Shown piece after piece: positions 8,766-17,736 of a stretch of DNA of 53,681 nucleotides; the stretch's first letter is position 1, and each line of letters starts with the position of its first letter. The notes beneath the pieces are model-generated. The model did not search any database and was not told the origin of the DNA. It was given only the letters and a program-made list of their open reading frames with translations. Made by a program: the position numbers and the translations under genes. This DNA is from a virus (lineage: Duplodnaviria > Caudoviricetes), in IMG/VR virus record IMGVR_UViG_3300025645_000098, positions 1-53,681 of that record; one strand, written 5' to 3'.

Positions 8766-10325
8766 ATGGCAAAATTAAAACCACAAGGTAAACTTGCAAT
8801 TGTAATTCTTATCGCTATTATAGCGGCTGGTGGATTGTATTTTACTGGAAATTTAGACTTCTCTACACTTATGCCAAGTGTAGATAATGTCGTTACCAAA
8901 GATGGTACAAAGAAAAAGGCAGTAAGAAAGTCAAATAGTGACGCTCTTACAATTAATGTTGGTGTTGTAACATGGGGTGGATATGCTGGTGGACAGTATT
9001 TCAACAACGGTTTTGACGCTAACGAATCTTCAAGATTCTATAAGGACTATGGGTTCTATGTGGAATTTAAAATCTTAGACGATTTCGATGCATCTCGTAA
9101 TGCATGGAAGAATGGTGATGTAGACTTACTATGGGCCACAACTGGTTCATTTAGTACAGAAGCACCTGGTCTAGCAGAATTTGAACCAGAAATTGTATTT
9201 CAATCAGATTGGTCACGAGGTGGTGATGCAGTAGTTGTACGAAAAGGAATTAATAAGGTTAATGACTTAAAAGGCAAATCTATCGCAGTTGCACCAATGA
9301 CACCATCACATACGTTCTTCTTGAACTTATTAGATGCTGGTAATCTTAATGCAAGTGACTTAACTGTAATTGAAGTGGCTAATGCAATTGATGCAGCCGC
9401 TATGTTCAAGAATGGTCAAGTAGATGCGGCAGTAGTATGGTCACCAGACGATATAAGTTGTGTTAAAACAGTAAATGGGTCTAAAGTACTTCAATCTACT
9501 AAACAAGCTTCTAACATTATTGCTGATGTATTCATCGCTAAGAAATCATTTATTGATTCTCATAATGCTGAATTATCTCAATTAGTTGAAGGTTGGATGA
9601 TTGGTGCATCAGAAATTAACACTAGTGCAAGTGCTAAAAATAAAGCAGTGACAATATTATCAGAAGGTCTTAATATCGCTCCAGATGAAGCATTAGGTGC
9701 GATTGACAATGTAAGATTAACTACATATGGTGATAATCTTAATTTCTTTGGACTTAACCCATCATTTGATGGTGTAACTGGTGAGAAGATTTATGGTAAG
9801 ATGTCAGAAAAATATAAATCAATTGGTTACTTACAAGGTAATACGTATTGGAGAACTGTTGCAAACCCTAATATTATAAGAAACATTACTTTAAATGGTT
9901 CTCAACATAATGCAGAAGGTATGGCTACATTCTCAGCTCCAACAGCTGTTATGGCAGATGTTAATATAACAAGTGCGGTGTCAACTAAACAAGTAACTGT
10001 ATCATTTCCAACTGGTAGTGCAACATTAACTGAAAATGCCAAGTACATTATCGATAAAGAATTCTTAGATATAGCTCAGAACTTTGCTAATACACGTATT
10101 AGAGTTGCTGGGAATAGTGATAACACTGGGAGTTATGGAAATAATATATCATTATCAAAACGTAGAGCACAAGCTGTTGCTACGTACTTATCTACTGAAC
10201 ATGGTTTCGATAGAAACAGATTTGTAGTAGTGGGTAATGGTCCTGACAATCCAGTAGCAAGTAATACTACTGCGGAAGGTAGAGCAAAAAATAGAAGAAC
10301 TGACTTTGAATTAATTTCACAGTAG
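8766..10325 (+). CDS. SsuA/NMT1-type substrate-binding protein fused to an OmpA-like peptidoglycan-binding domain
   Basis: TWGGY, DWSRGGDAVV, DLKGKSIAV; C-terminal GNSDNTG...NISLSKRRA...GRAKNRRTDF. Confidence 0.88.
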   Translation: MAKLKPQGKLAIVILIAIIAAGGLYFTGNLDFSTLMPSVDNVVTKDGTKKKAVRKSNSDALTINVGVVTWGGYAGGQYFNNGFDANESSRFYKDYGFYVEFKILDDFDASRNAWKNGDVDLLWATTGSFSTEAPGLAEFEPEIVFQSDWSRGGDAVVVRKGINKVNDLKGKSIAVAPMTPSHTFFLNLLDAGNLNASDLTVIEVANAIDAAAMFKNGQVDAAVVWSPDDISCVKTVNGSKVLQSTKQASNIIADVFIAKKSFIDSHNAELSQLVEGWMIGASEINTSASAKNKAVTILSEGLNIAPDEALGAIDNVRLTTYGDNLNFFGLNPSFDGVTGEKIYGKMSEKYKSIGYLQGNTYWRTVANPNIIRNITLNGSQHNAEGMATFSAPTAVMADVNITSAVSTKQVTVSFPTGSATLTENAKYIIDKEFLDIAQNFANTRIRVAGNSDNTGSYGNNISLSKRRAQAVATYLSTEHGFDRNRFVVVGNGPDNPVASNTTAEGRAKNRRTDFELISQ

Positions 10326-10411
10326 TTAAAGAATTCACAAAAGGAAGTCTAAGGAATACATAGCGATTAGCTGTCTACCCTACTTACACTTCCTTTTTTT
10401 AATAAAAACAC

Positions 10412-11206
10412 ATGAAAAATCTATTTAAATTAAGAGGTGAATTATCTAGAAAAACTGAGACCATAATTGGTTTAAGTGGTTTAGCTATCATCTTATTAAC
10501 TTGGTATGTGCTTACGAGTAGTGGTATGGTAGCAAAATCTATTTTACCAAATCCAATTGACGTTCTTAAATCTTTTAAAACATTACACTTTGATAAGTTT
10601 TTAGTTAAGAATACACTTTATTCATTAAAACTTAATTACTTAGGCTATATTGAAGCTGTTTTAATTGCAGTTCCATTAGGATTTACAATCGGTTTAATAC
10701 CGTTTTTTAGAGCGTTACTTTCTAAGTACGTAGATTCTAGTCGATTTATTCCATTAACCGCTCTAACGGGCTTATTTATAGCTTGGTTCGGTATATATGA
10801 TAATATGAAGGTGCAGTTTTTAGCATTTGGTATATTTGTTTACTTATTACCAATCGTTGTTCAAAGAATTAGCGAAGTTGATAAAGTATATGTACAAGCC
10901 GCTCAAACTTTAGGTGGTAGTAAATGGCAAATCATTAAGCATATATTTGTACCCGCAGTTCTTAGTAAACTATTTGATGATATTAAAGTTATTGTTGCTA
11001 TTTCTTGGACCTATATTATTATTGCAGAAATGCTTAATAGTACAGGTGGAATTGGTGCCATGATATTTAAATCAGCTAGACAAAGTAGAACTGAAGAAGT
11101 ATTTGCCTTGTTAATAGTAATTGTATTGATTGGTATAGTACAAGATAGGTTATTTACTTGGACTGATAAAATATTATTTCCACATAAACATTTAAAGAAA
11201 GCATAA
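10412..11206 (+). CDS. ABC transporter permease (SsuC/TauC-like)
   Basis: Six TM segments; EAA-like motif QAAQTLGGSKWQI; WTYIIIAE. Confidence 0.9.
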   Translation: MKNLFKLRGELSRKTETIIGLSGLAIILLTWYVLTSSGMVAKSILPNPIDVLKSFKTLHFDKFLVKNTLYSLKLNYLGYIEAVLIAVPLGFTIGLIPFFRALLSKYVDSSRFIPLTALTGLFIAWFGIYDNMKVQFLAFGIFVYLLPIVVQRISEVDKVYVQAAQTLGGSKWQIIKHIFVPAVLSKLFDDIKVIVAISWTYIIIAEMLNSTGGIGAMIFKSARQSRTEEVFALLIVIVLIGIVQDRLFTWTDKILFPHKHLKKA

Positions 11207-11207
11207 A

Positions 11208-12020
11208 ATGGAATTTATAAACGATTTGAGCAAACCTGACGTTATTGAATTAAAGGGAATTGAAAAATTTTACGGTGAAGGTGATGCCAAGAAAACAATA
11301 ATTAAAGATTTTAATTTTCTTCTTGAAAGAAATGAGAATATCGTTAATGGTAAACGATATGGCCAATTCAAAACTATTTTAGGACCTTCTGGTTGTGGAA
11401 AATCTACAGTTCTTAGAATGATAGCTGGCCTTACCGAACCTAGTGGTGGTAAAGTATTAATTGATGAAAAAGAAATCATCGGAAATCCTAATATTGGGAT
11501 GGTGTTTCAAAAGTACTCTAATTTTCCATGGTACACAGTTCTTGAAAATGTAGCACTAGGGTTAAAATTTAAAGGTATTGGAAAGAAAGAACGCAATGAG
11601 AAAGCCATGGAAATGATTAAGTTGGTTGGCCTTGATGGTCATGAGAATAAATTCGCTCAATACCCAACATTATCTGGTGGTCAATTACAACGTGTAGCAA
11701 TTGCTAGAAGTCTGGTATCAAGCCCTAATATACTATTAATGGATGAACCATTTGGAGCGTTAGATGTAAAAACTAGACTACAGATGCAAGATTTATTAGT
11801 TGAAATTTATGAAACAATTAACCCTACTATCATCTTTGTAACTCACGATATTCAAGAAGCTGTATATTTGTCTGATGATATTTATATAATGGGTAGAGCA
11901 CCTAGTAGATTCATTATGCACTATGATATAGATTTGCCATTTGAGAGAAAGGGGATTAAAAGAAATCCTATGTTTAACAAGATTGTCGAGCAAATCGAAG
12001 ATTATATGATGACAATTTAA
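11208..12020 (+). CDS. ABC transporter ATP-binding protein (SsuB/TauB-like)
   Basis: GPSGCGKST, LSGGQLQR, LLMDEPFGALD, VTHD. Confidence 0.95.
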   Translation: MEFINDLSKPDVIELKGIEKFYGEGDAKKTIIKDFNFLLERNENIVNGKRYGQFKTILGPSGCGKSTVLRMIAGLTEPSGGKVLIDEKEIIGNPNIGMVFQKYSNFPWYTVLENVALGLKFKGIGKKERNEKAMEMIKLVGLDGHENKFAQYPTLSGGQLQRVAIARSLVSSPNILLMDEPFGALDVKTRLQMQDLLVEIYETINPTIIFVTHDIQEAVYLSDDIYIMGRAPSRFIMHYDIDLPFERKGIKRNPMFNKIVEQIEDYMMTI

Positions 12021-12032
12021 AATTTAAAAATT

Positions 12033-12317
12033 ATGTATAGTTTAATAACATTTTTAATTATTTGTACTGTTCAATATCTTTTCTTCATTTGGAAAAGGTC
12101 TGATATTAGAGATTATCAAGAAATGGGTAGTACAATTGCAGATGCAACAACATTATCAAGACGTGAAATTTATGGTAAGACCGTTATATTTTTAAGTAAT
12201 ATTTCTAATATTATGAAAAGGTATTTATGGCCAATATTGATATTCATATTATTCATTAACTCTATGTTAGCTATTATTATAGGAACCGTAACTCATTTCA
12301 TTCTAAATTTATTATAA
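12033..12317 (+). CDS. Small membrane protein
   Basis: Two hydrophobic segments. Confidence 0.6.
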   Translation: MYSLITFLIICTVQYLFFIWKRSDIRDYQEMGSTIADATTLSRREIYGKTVIFLSNISNIMKRYLWPILIFILFINSMLAIIIGTVTHFILNLL

Positions 12318-12658
12318 TGGTAAAATTAACAAGAATTCCTTCAATGATTGAAAATAAAGATGGGGTTAAAATCCCCGTTTTCATTAAGTTAGGTATTACT
12401 GAAATGCGTTTTATAAAACATAATAATTTTTATTATCGTGATGGTGGACATTGGCACGTAAGTTACATTATTAAAGATGGTAAATTATATGCCGATTGCC
12501 CAACAATTCAACATATAGATGGTAAAGAATTAAATAAAATTACAAAAAAAGAATGGTTGAAAGGTAATGCCCAGAATATACCAAGTAATTCTAAAATTAA
12601 ATGCGATTTAGGTATTCAAGAAATATGTGAATGCTGTAATCAACCAATTATAAATTAA
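12317..12658 (+). CDS. Hypothetical protein
   Basis: Coupled ORF with C-terminal CECC. Confidence 0.6.
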   Translation: MVKLTRIPSMIENKDGVKIPVFIKLGITEMRFIKHNNFYYRDGGHWHVSYIIKDGKLYADCPTIQHIDGKELNKITKKEWLKGNAQNIPSNSKIKCDLGIQEICECCNQPIIN

Positions 12659-12673
12659 TTTAAAAATAAAAAA

Positions 12674-13312
12674 ATGAAAAGATTATTTATTACATTATTA
12701 TCATTATTTATCTCATTCTCAATGTCATCTCAGAATTATTCTTTTTTTGAAAATGATATTAGATTAGCTAATTCTGGAAATTCAGAGGGTAGTTCAATAG
12801 TAACATTAACTCATTTTGGATTTTTTCCAATAACTGAAAAATTTGGCTTTGCAGATTATGTGTCAATTGAAGGGAATGACCAGTATGAATATGGTCAAGT
12901 ATTATTAGGTGGGTATTATAACATTACTGATAAATTATCAACATATATAATGGTTGGTAAAGAAAGTGTTTCTAGTGAAGGTCGATTTGGTTATATGTTA
13001 TATTTTACCACTGGTGATAAAATTAGAACATATGCATTTTATCAAAGAAATAAAAATCCATTTTCACCTACAACACAAAATTCAGAATGGTACGACATAA
13101 TGTTTAGATACGCAATTAAATCTGAAATTAATAATTCGTTTTATTTAGGAGCTAGAGTAATGAAAGGTTATGGTACTGGTATACCTATAACCTTAAGACA
13201 AAGAATTAGTGATGGCGATAGTGTTTATTTATCCTACACCACATATTATGATGAAACATTATCTGATTTTCCTTGGAGGCATACATTAACCCTTGTATTT
13301 GAATTTTACTAA
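12674..13312 (+). CDS. Putative outer-membrane beta-barrel protein
   Basis: Signal peptide, alternating aromatic beta strands, terminal strand TLTLVFEFY. Confidence 0.55.
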   Translation: MKRLFITLLSLFISFSMSSQNYSFFENDIRLANSGNSEGSSIVTLTHFGFFPITEKFGFADYVSIEGNDQYEYGQVLLGGYYNITDKLSTYIMVGKESVSSEGRFGYMLYFTTGDKIRTYAFYQRNKNPFSPTTQNSEWYDIMFRYAIKSEINNSFYLGARVMKGYGTGIPITLRQRISDGDSVYLSYTTYYDETLSDFPWRHTLTLVFEFY

Positions 13313-13378
13313 AATAATTAGGTGGATTAATTAATTTTTTGTATATTTGTAGAATAACATTTAAAAAATTATACGATT

Positions 13379-13960
13379 ATGAGAAATTATATATTAATGA
13401 TTTTACTATTAGTAGGGGTTTTTGGTCATTCACAAATTGGATTTGGAATCTATCAAGACCCTACCTTAGCCTTTTTTAAAGATGACCATGGTAATAGTCC
13501 CTTTACTTTAGATTTAAGAATTGAAGGTGATATGCAAGTGATTGGTAATGATTATGGTGGAATGCTTATTGGATTAACTTTTGAATATGCAGACCTATCT
13601 GAATTTAAATTCATTAGATACGGGCTTCAAGGGGGGTATACATTTCATTACATGCACGTTCCATTTACAGGTGAAAGGGAAACCTATGAGTTAACATTAT
13701 TAGTTGGTGGTGCTAAAATTATAAGAGGTAGTGATTCTACACAAGGTAATCTTAGTCTTGAATTAACCTCTCAAGTTGATTATTACCTTACAGATTGGTT
13801 AGCCGCTTCACTTAAAACTACATTAATGCAACGAGGTGATTTAGCTGAAAAATATGATGACCCATCTGGTTCATATAGACCTTGGGACTGGAAACCTAAT
13901 ATATATTTAGGGATTAAATTCAGAATACCAACATATTCACCCACAAAAACTGCTTATTAA
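13379..13960 (+). CDS. Putative outer-membrane beta-barrel protein
   Basis: Signal peptide, YGLQGGYTF and IYLGIKFRI amphipathic strands. Confidence 0.55.
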   Translation: MRNYILMILLLVGVFGHSQIGFGIYQDPTLAFFKDDHGNSPFTLDLRIEGDMQVIGNDYGGMLIGLTFEYADLSEFKFIRYGLQGGYTFHYMHVPFTGERETYELTLLVGGAKIIRGSDSTQGNLSLELTSQVDYYLTDWLAASLKTTLMQRGDLAEKYDDPSGSYRPWDWKPNIYLGIKFRIPTYSPTKTAY

Positions 13961-14146
13961 AACATAAATTATGGAAACTTTATTAACAATTATTTTAATA
14001 TATTTGATACAATGTTGTCTGTGTGCAATAATTCATATAATTAATGGTAGTAATAAAATACCCTTAAAAGGAGATTTTAAAAGTTACATTTTTAAATTAC
14101 TTAATATTTTTTGGGTATTTAAAAACCTTAAATATTTACGTAGTTA

Positions 14147-14878
14147 ATGGCTGGACGTATATCATATAGAAACCCTTATGGTAATCATAAGATGTTCTCA
14201 ATTAAAGATAAATTCTTAGCACATGTAGATACTAAAAGAATGATTTGGTATTTAGATAGGGAATTGGCTGTAATGATAAATGAAAAAGATTTTAAACTCA
14301 CCTTTGTATCTAAAGGTGATAAAGATAGGGGTGAATATTATAAGTTAGAATTATTGAATTGTTGTGTAGTATGTGGTTCAGATGATGAATTAACAAAACA
14401 CCACGTAGTACCTTATCAATATAGAAAATACTTCCCAGATGAGTATAAATCTAAAAGTTCATTCGATGTTCTATGTCTTTGTAAGACATGTCATAATGAA
14501 TATGAATTAAAGGCTGATGAATTAAAAGATGAATTGCTAATTAAATATAACCTTTTTTCACATACTAAAGATATTCAAAGGGTTAAACGTTCAATACACG
14601 CACTTGAAAATTATAGTGAATGGATTGAATCTGAAAGAAAACAACGTATGGTATCAGAAATTGAAGATTTCTTTGACGATTCTTTAGATAATATATTAGA
14701 TGGTGATGAAACTAATTTCGAATTTGAATCAGCCACATCACTCCTAATGAAGAATATTAAAGATATTAAAGTGTTTATTATTATGTGGCGTAAACATTTT
14801 GTAAAACATACTAATGCTAAATTCTTACCACAAGAATGGTTAGATGAAATGGGAGAAGTAATAAAGTTTATTGGATAA
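14147..14878 (+). CDS. HNH nuclease resembling the C-terminal domain of EXD2
   Basis: CVVCG...TKHHVVPYQYRKYFP...SFDVLCLCKTCHNEYE, plus WYL and WRKHF motifs. Confidence 0.75.
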   Translation: MAGRISYRNPYGNHKMFSIKDKFLAHVDTKRMIWYLDRELAVMINEKDFKLTFVSKGDKDRGEYYKLELLNCCVVCGSDDELTKHHVVPYQYRKYFPDEYKSKSSFDVLCLCKTCHNEYELKADELKDELLIKYNLFSHTKDIQRVKRSIHALENYSEWIESERKQRMVSEIEDFFDDSLDNILDGDETNFEFESATSLLMKNIKDIKVFIIMWRKHFVKHTNAKFLPQEWLDEMGEVIKFIG

Positions 14879-14949
14879 AGTTTGGTGATATCAAAATTTA
14901 TTTGTATATTTGTAATCTAATAAATAAAGAATTAAAAATAACTTAAATT

Positions 14950-15234
14950 ATGAATAAAATATTAACAATAGTATTAACAATTTTATTAGTGATTTTCACT
15001 GCTACTAATCTTTATTTGGTTGTGCAATATAATAAATTACATAATCAAGTAGAAAATTATGCTAATGATGTAATCGGATTTAAAAATGATGTACTTAGTG
15101 TAGTTAGTTTTGAAGTAAGTGAAGCGTCTAACAAACTAGATAAAGAGGTAGACTCAATCAAAAATAAAGCATTTGAAATGGTGAAACATAAAATGTTGGA
15201 TAAATTCATAAAGAAAGACAATGAAAAAAAATAA
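14950..15234 (+). CDS. Membrane-anchored hypothetical protein
   Basis: N-terminal TM helix followed by coiled coil. Confidence 0.6.
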   Translation: MNKILTIVLTILLVIFTATNLYLVVQYNKLHNQVENYANDVIGFKNDVLSVVSFEVSEASNKLDKEVDSIKNKAFEMVKHKMLDKFIKKDNEKK

Positions 15235-15390
15235 GCAAATAAAAAAATTGCTAAAAGAAATTCCTTCTTATAGTTATAGAATGTGTTATAATAATACTGG
15301 AGAAGTTTTAAATCCAGATTTTACACCTTATGATATTTTTAATAATAAAAAAGAATTAATTAAAATATTAACACAAATTAAAAATTAAAT

Positions 15391-15660
15391 ATGAAAAAAA
15401 TATTAGTAATTTTACTCTTAACATTATTTTTAATATCTTGTACTCAAAATTCAAGAGCTAAAAGTTTTGGTGGTACTGCCGAAATTGATGCCCCTTGTGG
15501 GATGATGGTAGGTAATATCACATGGAAAGAAACCCAATTATGGTATAGTTATATACCAATGCCAGAAGGTTACGAACCAGTAACCCACACATTTCAAGAA
15601 GTATCATCTCTTGGTGTTATTCAAGGAAAGTATATTATTAAAGAATCTAAATGTAATTAA
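15391..15660 (+). CDS. Putative lipoprotein
   Basis: Lipobox LISC; RAKSFGG...ITWK...LWY phage family pattern. Confidence 0.7.
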   Translation: MKKILVILLLTLFLISCTQNSRAKSFGGTAEIDAPCGMMVGNITWKETQLWYSYIPMPEGYEPVTHTFQEVSSLGVIQGKYIIKESKCN

Positions 15661-15662
15661 TT

Positions 15663-16184
15663 ATGAGTGAATTAGTAAATAATTTTCCTGAATTCGTATT
15701 CATGGGTAGCGTATTAATGTTTTACGTTTTAACAATAGCATTTATAGTGACACTATTCATTTCAGAAGTTACTGAAAATGGATGGTTAGCATCAATATCA
15801 TTTGTGATATTTATCGTGGCAACTAAATTTTGGGGTAATTTTGAAATTACTGATTATATAACCCTTAAATTAATCGGGTTATATCTATTGATTGGTTTAG
15901 GCCATTCATTAATCAGGACCTATTTCTATGGTAGAAAAAGAGGTGTTCTTAAGAAAAAGTTATTAACACATCACAGTGAAGGTACCACCCCGATACAAAA
16001 TTTTAATGATTCAACTAAAGGTAAGTTAAAAGGTAACGTTTTTCGTTGGTGGTTTTTATTTCCAGTATCATTATTAACTTGGGTATTCTCAGATTTAATG
16101 AGAGATGTATGGAACTTTTTATATCAACAATTTAGAAAAGCATTTGAATATGTTTTAAATTTAGGTTTAAAATCTATAAAATAA
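15663..16184 (+). CDS. Membrane protein
   Basis: Four hydrophobic segments. Confidence 0.7.
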   Translation: MSELVNNFPEFVFMGSVLMFYVLTIAFIVTLFISEVTENGWLASISFVIFIVATKFWGNFEITDYITLKLIGLYLLIGLGHSLIRTYFYGRKRGVLKKKLLTHHSEGTTPIQNFNDSTKGKLKGNVFRWWFLFPVSLLTWVFSDLMRDVWNFLYQQFRKAFEYVLNLGLKSIK

Positions 16185-16190
16185 AATGGA

Positions 16191-16369
16191 TTAAACTCTT
16201 TGATTGAAAATAAACAATGGTATATCCTAATAGTAATTAAATTAGGGCTACAATTGATTCACCATAAACCATTATCAGGTGGTTGTGTATAAGTGGTCTT
16301 GCATGGTGATTTAATTCATGGGCAGAAGTACCTACCATCCCATAGCTGAATTGGGCAAAGAGTTTTTAA
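16191..16369 (+). ncRNA. Candidate structured RNA
   Basis: ORF-free; closed by AAACTCTTTG/CAAAGAGTTT helix. Confidence 0.35.
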
Positions 16370-16374
16370 TATAT

Positions 16375-16501
16375 GGGGTCAAAGACAAGACGGTAGAGTA
16401 GAGTGTACATTATAATCTACTTAGTCTAGAGTTGGTCTAGTTGAGTATAACAGAGTGGTGCAACACAAAGTTATATAGAGGTTCGAATCCTCTTGACCCC
16501 A
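16375..16501 (+). ncRNA. tRNA-like element with enlarged core
   Basis: Perfect GGGGTCA/TGACCCC-A acceptor and AGAGG-TTCGAAT-CCTCT T arm around ~95 non-canonical nt. Confidence 0.55.
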
Positions 16502-16509
16502 CTTTAATA

Positions 16510-17635
16510 TACTGGGTGTACTAGTAGATGTTGTGATACATTAAGAAGGTTAAACATTGAAACCTTTGTGAGTAAGAGAAGACACTAAATTGGAAAGATA
16601 CCTATGTCTTCGTGAGGTATATGCTTATTCACATAAAGATACTAATCCTGAATTGACAGGATGTTATTGTTAATTATAAGGCTTAGAGTCCTAACGGATA
16701 TAATGAAATCTCTAAGCACAATAACGGAGTAATCCTAGTAGCATGTTAGGATGAGTGGTGCTCTCTATGACAATTTGAGCATAGGAGCACACACTTATCT
16801 AATTCAGGTTTAAGTTTATCAAATGAAGTTTTATAGTTTGAATAATCTTTATCCTTTTGAGTAGGGTCTATATGATGAAACTCAAGTGCTGAATTACATT
16901 TATTGTAACCACAATTAGAGCATTTACCACCAAGATAATCAATAGCTTGTTGTTTAATAACTCTTCTTCTTTCAGCATTAGAATCAAGAATACAAGACTT
17001 ACAAAAGCCACTAACCTTAATTTCTTGTCCTTTTATAGGGTAGAAATCAAGCTTTCTGTCTTTAATTGTATTGCATTTAGGACATTTCTTATGGGTAATA
17101 CTATTATTTATATTCATGGGGTAAATATACGACATTTATCTCTTAAAAACAAGTGGGCTAAACATTGATACCACTATAATCACTGATATTTCATAGTAAT
17201 ATGATAATGTGTTGTTCCCTTGAGAAAGGAAAAAGCGTTTAAATATAGAGAATAAAACGTCGTTCTCTACAACACAAATGAGTTCTCAGCAAAGTAGTTA
17301 TCGCATCGGGCTAGTACTGGAATCTAACTACAAGACCCTACTCTTATTAGTGGATTAGTAATCTTAAATGAATAGGATTCAGCTAATAAGAAAGAGGGTG
17401 CTAATAATGATTAACAAACATAGGTCAGGTAATAGCGTGGCAAAATAGTAGGATATTAAGAAGTCAAGTAAATAGTGGTAATCCTACCTCGCTAATAAAA
17501 TTCGTATTAATAATAAAACCTAATATCCTCGAAGTAGAGTGTTGACTAAACGAATATAGATACCAATCATTACCAAAAGGAATCATAAATCACCTGGTAT
17601 ACCAGCCGAAGAGAGAAACTTCAGATTCCTTTTAT
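16510..17635 (+). ncRNA. Candidate large structured RNA (ROOL/GOLLD-like), interrupted by an HNH gene
   Basis: About 240 and 480 nt of ORF-free, hairpin-rich sequence on either side of an antisense HNH ORF; family call tentative. Confidence 0.45.
16746..17117 (-). CDS. HNH endonuclease
   Basis: CPKC, CKSC, CSNC, ALEFHHIDP, ELDKCVLLCSNCHREHH; TATATTTAC motif just before the ATG. Confidence 0.88.
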   Translation of the reverse strand: MNINNSITHKKCPKCNTIKDRKLDFYPIKGQEIKVSGFCKSCILDSNAERRRVIKQQAIDYLGGKCSNCGYNKCNSALEFHHIDPTQKDKDYSNYKTSFDKLKPELDKCVLLCSNCHREHHSS

Positions 17636-17736
17636 TGTAATACTTTTCTTATTTAATTCTGTAATTTATCGATAAAGTGTATAAAAAGCTGGACAACTTG
17701 TAAAAATGTATTATATTTATCTATAAATTTATAGAT

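Noticed and set aside
16375-16501. Possible tmRNA
   Set aside because: Only 127 nt, no G3:U70 pair and no tag reading frame
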